Assembly: GCA_013239625.1 (NCBI GenBank)
Contig: MU055530.1
Coordinates: 280,678 to 344,677 of the forward strand
DNA: 64,000 bases
Origin: Lama guanicoe
Lineage: Eukaryota
Direction: 5' to 3'
The notes beneath the pieces were generated by a model. It was not told the origin of the DNA. It saw only the letters and a program-made list of their open reading frames with translations, and did not search any database. This document shows, piece by piece, positions 50,052 to 62,674 of the stretch; positions within the stretch are counted from its first letter, which is position 1; the number at the start of each line of letters is the position of its first letter. The position numbers and the translations under genes were made by a program.

Positions 50052-50430
50052 GTATTAGTCTTTTTGGGCTGCAGACTAATTTGCCATAACATAATCCCAC
50101 AGCCTTGGTGGCGTGAACAACAGAAATTTGTTTTCTCCCAGTTCTGGAAGCTGAAAATCCAAGATCAAGGTGCCATCAGGGTTGGTTTTGGCTGAGGCCT
50201 CTTTTCCTGGCTTGTGACAGCCTCCTTCTCACTCTGTCCTCACGTGGCTTTTTCTCTGCACACACACTCTTGATGTCTCTTTCTCTTCTCTTAAGGACAT
50301 CAGCCCTATTGAATTGGGCTCCACCCTTATGCTCTCATTTAACCTTAATCACCTCCCTAAAGGCCCTGTCTCCAAATACAGTCTCATTGGAGATGAAGGC
50401 TTTAATACATGCATTGTGGGGGAACACAGC
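50052..50430 (-). mobile_element. MaLR LTR, MLT1A/B-type
   Basis: gtattagtc..aacaacagaaatttgttttctcccagttctggaagctg..tcatttaaccttaatcacctccctaaaggccctgtctccaaatacagtc..gggggaacacag. Confidence 0.85.
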
Positions 50431-50456
50431 ACTGGGAAGATGTTATGATGTATTTT

Positions 50457-50656
50457 AGAGATCAGCAAACTAGTCTCTCCTGCCCCACCTGTTCTGTAAA
50501 GCTGATTGGAGCACAGCCTCACCCATTCGTGTATAAATTATCTGTGGCTGCTTTTGCACCACAAGGGGAGACTTGAGTAGCTGTGACAGACAGTCTGTCG
50601 TACAGAGCCTCAGATAATTGTTATCTGACCTTGTACAGAAAGAGTACCAACCCTTG
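50457..50656. mobile_element. MER58A hAT-Charlie DNA transposon
   Basis: gatcagcaaact..gattggagcacagcctcacccattcgtgta..tctgtggctgcttttgcaccacaagg..ttgagtagctgtgacaga..ccaacccttg. Confidence 0.8.
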
Positions 50657-52246
50657 AAATTGGCCGAGCCTCTTCTAATAAGAGAAGGGGATTATTTTTG
50701 TATCAGGTTTTGTATCACAGTGATTTTAAAACATTGATACGCAGGTAGCTGTTCATTTCTTTACACATTAAATAGGAAAGGAATGGAGAGTGAGTCAAAG
50801 GGCCATGCCAAGGGGTTGGTACATATCAGGGTTTCCAGAAAAGGCAGCTCTGGTCGGAAGACCTTGCTGTGTGACCATGGGCAGTTCGCTTCACATCTCT
50901 GAGCGTTGGTTCCTCCACTGGAAAGTGGAAATAAGGTGACCTGTCATATAACATACTTGCTTGGATCCAACGAAATAGAGCCACGAGAGCCCTATAAATG
51001 GAAGGCGGACTGTATAAACAGGAGGTACATGCTGTGTAAAAGTACCCTATTATTTAGAGACTGAGAAATATTTGGATGGTGGTAATGTGCTACTCTGGGA
51101 AAAGGAGTTGCCAGTAGGATTTTTATCACATAATTAGAGGGTATGCTAAAAGTGCTAGTGAAAAGAAGCTGCTATATGCTGCTGCCTCGTGTTAATGTGG
51201 ACCAGGGGTCTTGAACCTTTTCCCTGAGGATGTCTTACAACAGCATCCCTGCTCCATTCCCTTCTGCGGTGCTGCCTCTGGTCAGCAGAAATTCTGGGAA
51301 GTCCTAGTCATAGTGCCAGTGCCACAGTGGCCTCATAAAATCGCTACCCACTGGACACCTATGCTTTGTGAACTAGGTGCTGGTCAGCCACCTCACATCT
51401 AAATCTTTTGAAAGAAGAACAAGCTGGAAATTCTGGGCAGTGGCAGGAATTGGGAAGCTCCCAGGTTAGGGTGAGAGACAGTCAGAGCTGTTCAAGCTAT
51501 TTCTTGGTTGACTCATTTGTTCATTATCTGTTCATTCCATCAGAGTGTCCTCGTTTTGAGAGTGGTAATACTATGTACTTGACAGGGTTGTGGTAAGGAT
51601 TGAGTGAGATACTGCAGATGAAATGTTAAGCAAAGTCTCTGATGTGGAGCAGATGCTCATTAAATGGTGGTTCTTATTTTTATTGTTGTTTTCTAATTAT
51701 TTCTTACTCATTAACTCCATATCCTGTTCCAGGCACTGGTGAACAGAGATAGGAGATTAAGATGCATGGGTTCTGACCAGCCTTGGCTTCTGTGACTGGC
51801 AGTGATTCGGGAGGACCAGAGGTGTTTTTTTTGTGTTGTCCATCAGGCATGCATTCTCAGAGGCCAGTGATGCTACTGCTGTCCCTTTGCTCCGCCTGTT
51901 CATCTGCCAGAGCACCCCCAGCCTGCTTGTCCAGATCTCACCTTTCCTCCATGACCACGGTGGGGACCTGTCTTCTTCCTAATTAATGCTGGCTTACAGG
52001 TGTCATACTCTTTCACACTCTTCTCAGAATCCTTAAGTGTCTTCACACCCAACTTAACTTTGGATCACATCCCACCCCACCTTATATTGTTATAATGGCT
52101 TTATGTAGCCCTGAGAGAAGAGGCATGCCTTACCCATCTTTCATTCCTGAGTGCTTGTAACAGTGCTTACCACATGCATATGCTCAATAAATATTGAACT
52201 GGATGAAATGTAATTCATTTAACCATCATTTACTGAGCATCTACTT

Positions 52247-52456
52247 CTGGGTTTCTCCATCTCATCACTACCATCATTTTGGTTGAGAATTCTTCATTGT
52301 GGGGCCGTTCTGTGCCCTGTAGGATGTCGAACAGCACCCCTGGCCTCTAGCCGCGACTTGCCAGTAGAGCCCTCCAGTTGTGACAACCCAAAATGCCTTT
52401 AGATGTTGCCACATGTACTCTGAAGGGCAAAATTAACTCCTGGTTGAGAACCACTG
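52247..52456. mobile_element. MER20 hAT-Charlie DNA transposon nested in an L2 3' end
   Basis: gtaggatgtcgaacagcacccctggcctctag..cagttgtgacaacccaaaatgcc..ggttgagaaccactg. Approximate 8-bp TSD ATCTACTT/ATTTACTG. The L2 motif catttactgagcatctact|gtgttctaggcactg is split by it. Confidence 0.88.
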
Positions 52457-53106
52457 ATTTACTGTGTTCTAGGCACTGCATGTCTCTTGTCTTCTCAGAT
52501 TGTGAATAGCTTAGGGGAGAATTTTCATTGCCTCCACAGTGCCTGCCCACTGGCCATAGAGGACCTGTCTGATAAATGTTCACTTGATCTGCTCAGCTCA
52601 TTTTCCTCATTGCACCGCCTTCAGCTGAGGCTGGGGAGAAAGGAAAATGCAAGGCCATCTTCATCATCCTCAATTCGCAGGCATTAAATAAATGCTTACA
52701 GTTGCCTGGTTTTCATTTTGCCTTCCTTGCTGACTCTCAGATCTGGAGATCCCAACTTCCAGAATGCCAGCGTTGCAAGGGGATGAGTGAATCCCACATC
52801 CTTTGTTCAGATTTCCTTTGGGAAAAGTTGATTAATATAATAGAATTATGGGTATATATGTATTTCTCCTCTGGAATCTCATTTATGGGCCTAAAACTCC
52901 ATGAGGCCTCTGTTTGTAGTTTTTGCACAAGATGGTCCTACATTTGCTTAGGAATGGCTTCTAGAAGTATTTGCTGTGCCCCTCTATGGGTGAACACCAG
53001 CATGGGGCCCAGGTGTCCCAGGGACTCAGTTTTATATGTAAGGTTGTACCAGGATAAAAAAAAGGCCAAAGATAAAAGACTTTATGTTGGGAGCGGTGCG
53101 GGACTG

Positions 53107-53108
<2 letters not shown>

Positions 53109-53146
<38 letters not shown>
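53109..53146 (+). repeat. (GT)19 microsatellite
   Basis: Perfect dinucleotide run. Confidence 0.97.
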
Positions 53147-53148
<2 letters not shown>

Positions 53149-53499
53149 TAAGGTGATAGTGAGGACAAAGGATGGGTATGTTGGGGAAAATGAGAAACAT
53201 TGTTCCAGTAGAATTCAGTGCAAAATACTCTGGAGATGAGAGCTCAAATCTGATCTGGGATGCACCCCTAAGTGGCTGTGAGGACTTGGGCAAGGCGGTT
53301 GCAGTGTTCTGGGCCTGGGTTCCACCTGTGAAGGGAGAGGAATGGATTAAATGATCTTTATCATTCCTTCTACCTCTGAACATGTGTGACTTGAAATTTT
53401 TAGTCTGAGGCCCACTTCTTTTGTACTCAAGGAAGAGAACATGATCAAAGACTGGGCCAGAGAAGCTCTAGCACCTCGTAAAGACCAATCTCTTGCTAG

Positions 53500-53770
53500 T
53501 CACCTTCAGCTTTTGGGAAGGCTGTCATGAAGCTGAGAGCCTGGAGTTGTTCTTTTGTCCTCTTGAGAACAGAACCGGATAATCAGAAGGCAGATTCCAG
53601 CTCAGCAGAAGGACTTTCTAGCTGTCAGAGTTGTTGGAAAGTGAAATAAGCTTGCGTGGGAAGGAGTTTCATCACTGGGGGTATTTCCCGCTGAGGCTGA
53701 GCTGGCTTGGCTGAAATTGATGTATCAAATGAGTGATCAGAGTAGGTGACTTAAAATCCTTTCTGTGAGT
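53500..53770 (+). mobile_element. L3/CR1 LINE 3' fragment
   Basis: ggaaggctgtcatg..cagaaggcagattccagctcagcagaaggactttctagctgtcagagttgttggaaagtgaaataagcttgc..catcactgggggtatttc. Confidence 0.65.
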
Positions 53771-54880
53771 TTTTAAAAATTCTATTTTTTGGTTAATTTT
53801 TCCTTAAGTCTTGAGATCCTTGAGAAGGGAAGGGGAGATAGGGCTGCTGTCTGGGAACTAATTCCCTGGTGGAGGTGAATGTTAGTGAGGGCTCTGAGGG
53901 AGTGACTTTCCCGCAGAAGTGACTTGAGTGGGAAGTGGCTTGGCATGTAGGCAGTCAGGTGTGGGTAGTAAATCTTTGAGGTCCACTGGCTGTGGAGCCC
54001 TGGCTGACCTTCACGGGCCAGTGACTGGCCCCCACGCTGAACCCACAGCTCTGTGTGCCTCTCTCCCTGGGAGCTGTCCTGCCTTACCGAGCAGCGAGCA
54101 GGAGCCGTGGTGTTTCCCCTGCCGCTGTCTGTCTGTCTCCTCGTGGCTCTGAATCAGCTGTCATGAGAGTTGGCTGTGACTGAGAACCAAAATTAATCCA
54201 CTTTCTCTGGAAATTATTTTTTTCAGGCCCATGACTGTCACATTGTTGAGCTCTCTGAGGCCAGCGTCTTTCTGTGAAGTCCTTGCTTTCCATGAGAGCA
54301 TTTTTGTAGGGCTCCACAGAGGGCCCGCGCCACTCTGTAATTGACTGGATATATTTATGTCACCTGTAATTACCTCGAGGTAATCGTCTGCTGAGGCCAC
54401 AGCAGCGGTTCCTCTTGGATGCCTTGCCAGGGCATTCGTAACGGTGCTTCCCTGCTGTGGGACGGGAGGTCAGTTTTACTTGGAAGGTAGGACCAGGGTG
54501 ATGTACCCAAATCGTTCCATGACACTAGCCTTCCTCGTTGCGCTGACTGCCTTTACTTCTTCATCGCTGCTGTTGCAGACAACCAGTGTGGCACAGTTTC
54601 AGGTCGTAAGCTGGCAGCGATGCCAGAGGGTCTGCAGCTCTGCCTCGAAGCCTAGGAAGCTCTAGATGTCCCACCATTTGAAGGAAGTTGGTCAGTCTGC
54701 CGCTCCCCTGGCCTTACCCTCTGTCTCACTGTTCTGTTCTTGTGTTTTCACCTCTCTTCTCATCCCACCCATATGTCTGCATGGAACTGATAAATCCATA
54801 ATGGGCTCCTCTGGTTTTGGAAATCAGGGTGAATGGCATTTGAGGTTGGGGAGAGCCAGCAGTCTGCTTGGGTCTCTGAG

Positions 54881-55264
54881 TGTCTTAGCTTGGGCTGCCA
54901 TAAAAATATCATAAAATACCTTGACTGGGTGGCTTAAGCAACAGATATTTACTTCTCACAGTTCTGGAGGCTGAAAGTCCAGGACAAAGTATCAGCGGGT
55001 TTGGTGTCTGGTAAGGACTCTCTCCTTGGATTGCAGACAACTGTCCTCTCTCTGTGTCCTCTTATGGCCTTTCCTTGGTGCATAGACCTGGGGAGAGAAA
55101 GATCCCTTTCTTCTAAGGCCATCCGTCCTACAGGGTTAGGACTGTACCCTTCTGACCTCATTTAACCATGATTCCCTCCTAGAAACTCCATTTCCAAATA
55201 CAGTCACTTTGGGGCTTAGGGCTTCAATAAATGAATTTTGGGAGACACAATTCAGTCCATAGAA
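54881..55264 (-). mobile_element. MaLR LTR, MLT1A-type
   Basis: tgtcttagcttgggctgccataa..ctcacagttctggaggctgaaagtccag..ccaaatacagtcactttggggcttagggcttcaataaatgaattttgggagacacaattcagtccatag. Confidence 0.88.
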
Positions 55265-56530
55265 CTTAATTATTGGTGATTTTTTTCTAGCTTCAGAAGA
55301 CAAAGAAGAACTCCCCTTCTGGTGTGTGAACAACCCAGTGAGGCACTGGTTATATGGCCGTCTTCTTTCTGTCAGAACTCCTGCTGTTTTTTCCCTTGCA
55401 TTTTTTTCTTGGCTATTTGAGATCTTGAGGGAGCCACTTTCTCTCTCCATCTAATTCCATTGTCCACAGAGTCACTGTTTCCTGGTTAAAAAACTTTGAC
55501 AGAGATCAAGGGTCTCTAGACACAGTGCCACCAAGTGACTGGCTTAGTTAAGAGTGCCTGGACCTGATTCAGACTTGGCTACCAGGAGTGGCTTATATTT
55601 GAGTTCAGTATTTGTAGTCCTCCTCTGCCAAAAGGTCTTTTGACAGGAAACAAAGGCTGCAAAAGTTCTGATGGTTGGTGTGAGGTCTTGAGACGGCTCG
55701 GTAGCAGAACCAGGAGCATAAGCCTGTTTATAATCCCTGGTTGTTATTGACCTGGTGAACTCCTTGGGAGATTGTGGAAGGAGGTGCCGTGCTCCTTTGA
55801 GGACCCTTTCCTAGCCTTACTCTTGGGGGTGTTCTTCATTTCATACTTGAAGGGACAGGGAAAGGGTGAGGTCGCTCATCTCCTGGGCTTCTCTGCAAGC
55901 TGAGAAGGTGTTGTATGACAGTTAACGGATGAGGAACTGTATAGCCCGAGATATGAGCAGGTCTTCTTGAACAGAAAGCCTTTCCTTTAGGACTGGCATG
56001 TGCTGTTTAACCTCACTCTTCATCCAGGTAACAGGTAGTAAATGTTTAGCACTGTGCTGGGTGCTGGGATATGATGGTGAGGAAGGCGGGCTTGCCCTGC
56101 CCTCATGGAGCATAGTCTTAACGTCTATCTTCCTTACCCACCAAAGCCTCACTGATATATGTATAGAATGGGAACCTCTGAGTAACTGGGGCTTGGGATG
56201 GGGAATGTGTAAGCTCTGGCCCTCCCTGCTGCCCAGATTTGGCAATGGGTGTGTATTTGTTGGTGGTGGTGGAGGTGGAGGTGGGGAGGGATGTAGGTTG
56301 AGACCAGGGAGATTTTAAAAGCTTGGAGATTTTAGTGAAGCCGTGCCCTTACCTGAAGTAGGAACTGTTAGGGTTCCAGCTGTGGGTGAAGACCTAGAAC
56401 GGATGAGTGGATGGGGTGTGAAATAGCTTACAGGACGGCTATGGAGATTGTCCCCCACATCTCTTCCTTCCTGCTTGGAGGCCCCTTTGACCCTGGCTAT
56501 TCCCTGAAATTTCAGCTTCTATAGTCGACC

Positions 56531-57977
56531 TTTTTTTTTTTTTAATTTAAACAATTTTAAGAGTTGTATATTTTTAATGTGTACAGAATGATTTGACATA
56601 CATAGGGAAATGATTACTAAAGTCAAACTCATTAACATATCTCCTTACATAACATAAACCATTCTACTCCCTGCTTCTATGTATTAGACCTTTTTTAGAT
56701 TCTGCACGTAAGTGAGATCGTGCAGGTTGTTTTTTTTCTTTTTGCGTCTGGCTTATTTTACTCAGCATAATGGCCTCCAGGTTCATTTTTTTGTTTGTTT
56801 TTCTCCAGGTTCATTTATGTTATTACAAATAATTTTTTTTAAAACTAAATGATATTCCATTGTGTGTGTGTATATATTGATATATACACAATGCTATTTC
56901 TTTACTCATTCATTCATCAACACTTAGGTGGTTTTCATATATTGTCTATTACAAATAATGCTGCAGTGAGTATGGGAACACAGATACCTCTCTGAGGTGT
57001 TGACTTCATTTCCCTTGCGTGTATACCCGAAACAGGGATCGCTTGGTAGTTTTATGGAGGAAGCTCCATATTTTTCATAGTGACCGCACCAATTTACATT
57101 AACACCAACCGTGTATAGGGATTCCCTTTTTGCTACATCNNNNNNNNNNNNNNNNNNNNNNNNNNNNNNNNNNNNNNNNNNNNNNNNNNNNNNNNNNNNN
57201 NNNNNNNNNNNNNNNNNNNNNNNNNNNNNNNNNNNNNNNNNNNNNNNNNNNNNNNNNNNNNNNNNNNNNNNNNNNNNNNNNNNNNNNNNNNNNNNNNNNN
57301 NNNNNNNNNNNNNNNNNNNNNNNTTGAAATTGGGTTGTTTCTTTTGCTGTTGAGTTGCAGGAGTTCCTTATATATTTTGGGTATTAACCTCTTGTCAGAT
57401 GTATGGTTTGCAAATTGTTTCCTTTGCTGTTCATAAACTTTTTACTTTGATGTAGTTCTACTTGTTTATTTTTGCTTTTGTTGGCTAAGCTTTTGGTATC
57501 ATATCCAAAAATCATTGCCAAGGCCAATGTCAAGGATTTTTTTTCCTAATGTTTTCTTACAGGAGTTTTACAGTTTCAGGTCTTATGTTTAAGTCTTTAA
57601 TCCATTTTTTTGTGTATGGGGTAAGNNNNNNNNNNNNNNNNNNNNNNNNNNNNNNNNNNNNNNNNNNNNNNNNNNNNNNNNNNNNNNNNNNNNNNNNNNN
57701 NNNNNNNNNNNNNNNNNNNNNNNNNNNNNNNNNNNNNNNNNNNNNNNNNNNNNNNNNNNNNNNNNNNNNNNNNNNNNNNNNNNNNNNNNNNNNNNNNNNN
57801 NNNNNNNNNNNNNNNNGTACCACACTGTTTTTGATTACTGTAACTTTGTAATATAGCTTGAAATCAGGAAGTGTGTTGCCTCCAGCTTTGTTCTTTTTTT
57901 CTCCAGATTACTTGAGTATTTGGGGCCTTCTATGGTTCCATATAAATTTTAGAGTTGTTTTTCCTATTACTTTGAAA
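56531..57977 (-). mobile_element. L1MA/artiodactyl L1 3' ~1.4 kb (ORF2 C-terminus + 3'UTR), interrupted by two N gaps (57140-57323, 57626-57816)
   Basis: Poly-T at 56531. Minus-strand translation LTPYTKKWIKDLNIRPETVKLL matches L1 ORF2; gcttgaaatcaggaagtgtgttgcctccagctttgttc. Confidence 0.92.
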
Positions 57978-59350
57978 GTCTAGTTTCTACTCTCTCCCAT
58001 GAGTGTTCCAGTAGCACAGGCTCAGCTGTGTGTGGCAATACCAATTAGTGGATGAGACCAGTGACTGTCCCTTGACAGTCTCTTCCATGACTACTTTGAG
58101 CTCAAGTGGCAAGCTGCTAATTCTTGTTTAGTGCAACCGTTTCTGACTCTCCTGAATTTTATGGGTGGAGCAGGAGTTGTGTCTAGGCAAAGCAGGTGTG
58201 TAGGGCTTCTGAGGGGTGGAGTGAATCAGGGTAAGACTGGCTGCCTACCTAGAGGAATCTAGGTACAGTTAGGGAGTCCCGAGTTACCTGAAAACCCTGG
58301 CATATTTCCTTAGAAAGGACATGAACTTAGATCACTGTCCCCTTTTGCTTTATTCTCCATGTATTTTAAATATCCTGGCAACTCCCATCCTTAGCACTAG
58401 CTGTAATAACCAACCGCATTTCCTGTCTCAGAGCCTCTCCTCCTCTAATAATTTGCTCCTTTGTCCTGCTCCTTTAATCTAGTAGTAGTTATTACACTGG
58501 GAGCTGCCTGTGTAGGAATTTTTGCATTAAGAGTGGAGACTCTCCCAGTGATCCTGTGCAGGCATTTTTGCTGACAGGTTGCTGTGGCCAAAGCTGTCAA
58601 TCCAAGAAGACCTTTCACCTCATCTGGGTCATGTGCTTTTGGAAGAGGGAGGTACCCACCCCTCCCCTATCCCCTACTTCCTGTTCTCACTGTTGAATTC
58701 AGTTAACATTCAGTTGCCTAGTCTGCAGTCATACCTGACTAATTGGATTGTTTTTAAATTCTCCTCTAGATGAATTATGAGCTTTCTTGACTTTAGTCAG
58801 GCTGCCTGGAGTCAGTCCCAGCCTGGGCAGGTGCTGTGCCAACTTTCCTGGCATGTGCCTGTGCCAGCGTATTTTACTATTGACCCCTAGCTCTCCCTTG
58901 GAAATACCAAGCCTGGAGCTCTGGAGAAGGCCCTGCCACTCCTGTAGTTCTGAAGGGCTCCTTTGTTCTGAGGAATGCCTGTGGCAATGAAGCCTGATAA
59001 ATAGCCAGCTCCTTTCTTCTGTAAATTAAAGTGAAAGAACCTTGACTGCTAGAAGTAACTTCACTTGTTTCTTCTCATCTTCTTTATTCAAGCCTATTTA
59101 ATGAATATCTATTTAAGACTTAAAATCTAGCACTGTGCCAAGCACATAAAGGGGGATGTAGAAGTAGAAGTTTGTGGTCCTTGCTCTTTAGGACCTAAGG
59201 CTTTTTAGTGGACACACATATATGCACATGAAACCATTAAAGAATGTATAACATGCAATTCAGTGGAATGCCAAGTGTATGAGTTGCCTTCTCTGGTTGC
59301 TTTATGGGACCAGAGCTTCCTTTTCCCATGTCTTGTAGAGATGTGCTTTT

Positions 59351-59953
59351 TGAGGGAAGGAGACAGGGCACAACCATTGAAGGAATGACACAGCAATTGG
59401 GAACAGGACAAACTGGTTAGAACCAAGATGGTGGAAGATTCGACTTCCAGTAGACCTTGAGCTTCATGGAACCACCCACAGGCACCATGACAGTTCCTAG
59501 GGTAACCATTAAAAGATAAAAAGTAGGCAGTGGTGAAGGGGGTGGGTGGGCAAAGGGGGCAGAAAATCCCTGCCTCCATCCCCAAAATAGTTGGAATGAT
59601 TCTCCTACTTTTTAGCATATGAAATTACCAAGCCCATAAAAACTAACAACCCCGCATCTCTTGGTCGCTCTCTTACCTTCTGAGATGGCCCACAATCTGT
59701 GTATGGAGTGTGTTTCTGCTTTTATCCTTAAACCAAACACCCCACACCTCTCAGCCTCTCTGCCTCTAGCCTTTTGAGATGGCCTGCATTCTGCTTATGG
59801 AGTGTGTGTCTCCCAAGCCGTTCTCCCTTCTGAGTGAGATGGACCGCACTCTGTCTGTGGAGTGTGTATCTCTCTAAATAAACTTGCTTTCACTTTACTA
59901 TGCCTCGCTCTTGAATTCTTTCCTGCACAAGGCAAGAACCTATTCTCTGCCAA
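59351..59953 (+). mobile_element. ERV1 solo LTR, MER41-like (cetartiodactyl MER41_BT-related)
   Basis: Starts TG. Shares MER41 blocks cacccacaggcaccatgacagtt, tttagcatatgaaatt..ccataaaaact, ctctgtctgtggagtg, AATAAACTTGCTTTCACTTTACT (polyA signal 59877-59882) and gaattctttcctgcacaaggcaagaacc. 3' end appears truncated. Confidence 0.8.
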
Positions 59954-59969
59954 AGCCTTTAATATTTCT

Positions 59970-60200
59970 TTGTTGATTCTTTCATTGTTCATTTATTCAT
60001 TCATTTATTCACTCATTCATTCAATAAACACTAATTTCATGCTTACTCTTTGCCAGGCACTGTGCACTAGAGACAAGGAGGTGACTCTGAGACATGGCTG
60101 TCAACCAGCTCCCAGTTGAACTGGAGAGAAGAAGAAAGAGGGAAATGATGGACAGTAGTAACAGCTGTGCTCGAGGCAGGGCTAAAATGCCATAGGAAGT
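59970..60200 (-). mobile_element. L2 3' end with (TTCA)n tail
   Basis: ttcatttattcattcatttattcactcattcattcaataaacac..tgccaggcactgtgcactagagac. Confidence 0.75.
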
Positions 60201-61469
60201 AGAAAATAGAAGGACTGGTTAGCTTCTAGGTTTGACTTTACCTTCATCATTTGTCTTCTGTTCAAAAGTAAATCTCAGTGTTGCTCTCATCCTTCCACCA
60301 TTCAAATGGCTGATTAACCTCTCTTTTCTGTCAACCTGCACATCTGTTTAGTTGTTTGAAATATCCTTTTCTTCATTAGTCAACTGTTTTCCTTTGCTTT
60401 TTATCTTATATATTTGTTATTTTTTATTTGTGTTCTTGAAGCACATCGGAGATCTATTATTTTGCTTAATTTTGTGTCTGGAATGTCCACCCTGTGCTTC
60501 CATAAAGAGTAGCTGACCCCATGTGAGAGTTCTTTCTGTATGCTTAAATTTGTTGATTAGTCAGCTTTCTCTATTTCTTTGACCTCTCCTAGTTGCTTTG
60601 AGTTGCTAATTCACCACTGTTATTCCTGAACTCTTAGAAGTTTTTGAAAAATGTTACTTTTTTCCCTCTAGGTTGCATCAGTGAATAGAGCACCAAAAAT
60701 AGAAAACTTTAATAATATAAAGCAGTATTCCTCTGCCTCTGCCCTGTCCACCTCAGTAGAAGTTTCATGCTGCTTTCCTGTGAAGCTTCTCCAAGTATTT
60801 CTGAGCACCTCTGGCAGGTGCCTCATGGGTCCTAAAGACCACTTCCTCCTGAGTTCTCGGCATGGTGATGACCAGTCTGAGCTCTCACCCCAGCCCTGGG
60901 ACCCAAGTCCCAGGAAGTGCCCTGCTGGGCCCTGCGGCTGGGTCTCCCTGATGCTTACCAGACTTGGGCCACTTGGCACCTTCCTGCAGTCATGCTGCTG
61001 CACCATTGCGTGCTGCCTTGCTGGGCCACATTGGTGATGCACTGGCGCCTCCCAGGATGCAACACTGTGCCGTGTCCTCCACTGAACTGATGAGACCTTT
61101 ACTTGCAGCTTTGGGCTAGACTCATTTCGTGAGCCCTGGGACTTTGTTGTCTGCTGTGCCCTGATTTGTCATTTGGTCTTTTGCTAAGATGCAAACATGA
61201 GTCTACGAATGCCTGGCCAGAGAACAGAGTGACTGGCACTGTGTTACGCTCAGAACTTCCCTACTCCCTGCGCATGCCCTGTTGACTGGCTCAAGTCTGT
61301 GGACCCAACTTTCTGCCCTAAAGATAACGTTCTCTTTCAGGAGGCCCTTTATTCCATCAGCCAGATGGTCTTCCAGCAGAATGGCTCCTAAGGTCCTTCA
61401 CTCATGCTCAGATACGCCTGAGTCCTCAAGTGAAGGCACTGCAGGTTTAAACAGGCACCTTTCATGTTT

Positions 61470-61580
61470 ATAAAGTACTATAACCTCCTTACAGAAAATT
61501 TGGAAAAAAGAGGAAAGGAAAAATGATAACTCATGGTTTTACCATCCTTGTTTTGTTAGCATTTTGGAGAGTTTTCATCA
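61470..61580 (-). mobile_element. L1ME4-type 3' tip
   Basis: acagaaaatttggaaaaaagagg..tcatggttttaccatcc..tgttagcattttgg. Confidence 0.5.
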
Positions 61581-62363
61581 GATCTCTGTCCCCTGCACAT
61601 ATTATTTAGTTGATTATGGTTTGTGCCTCTTTTGCCACCGTGTGGTTGAAGCCCAGCCTCCAAGTGTTGGCCTCCCTGTAGGACTGGAGGTGGAGACTGG
61701 TGCAGAGGGCCTCACGTGGACCTCCGTTCCCTACCGGGAGCTCCAACTGCACTTGCTTCTTCTCCCTCCTTCCTGCTGTTACTCTTCAGAGCCCATTGAC
61801 ACTTGTTTATGTTCCTTTCCCTTCTCGCCCTGATGCTCATCCCCTCAGCGCTTTCTCAGGTCTCTCTCTCATTAGTTACTCACCACCCTGAGCCACCTGT
61901 GTCCCATTTCCACTCCTGTCTCTGCTGGTGACCACGGTGGGCTGGTGTGGGGGGGGGCTCAGCAGCAATGAGGAAAACACTTCTTCATGCAGTTGCCATG
62001 AGGGGAGAAGGTCTCTGGGGGGGCTGGAGGTTGTGGCAGGATCAGTGCGTTCTTACCTCTGACCTGGCCAAAGCAGCGGTGAGAGTAAGTACTGCTGATG
62101 GGGGCGCATGTGTGACACCTGTGACATTTATTTTCTCAATGTCTAGACAATCATTGGACCACTTACTTCTAGAGTTTGACGCTTGGTGACTGGCATTTTA
62201 ATCTCAGCCCTGCCCCTGATTGCCACTGTATACTTTACGCAGGTCACTTAACCTTTGAGCTATGGTTTTCTCATCTGCTAAATGGGAATATTAAAATTTG
62301 TCCTATCGACCTCACAAGTGTATTTGCAGATAGCACGACAAGCTTTTTGTAATTCTAGGAGTA

Positions 62364-62562
62364 CAACTGACCCTTGAACAACACGGGCCTACTTACACGT
62401 GGATGTGTTTCAATAGAAACACTGCAGTACTACACAACGTGCACATGCAGTGGTGGATACAGAGGAAATGCAGACATGGAAGGCTGATTTGAAGTTATAT
62501 GTGGATTTTCAACTGCTCAGAGGGTCGACACCCTAACCCCTTTGTTATTCAAGGGTCTACTA
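62364..62562. mobile_element. Tigger2/MER8-family TcMar MITE
   Basis: TIRs caactgacccttgaacaacacggg ... ttgttattcaagggtctacta, flanked by TA on both sides (62362-62363, 62563-62564). Confidence 0.88.
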
Positions 62563-62674
62563 TACTATGAAATTAAAAGAAAATACTTATATCTAATAAG
62601 AGAGGTACAAGCATTTTATAACAGTATTATTACATTGTTAAAACATTGACTAAACATTGTTAAAACATTAAAAC

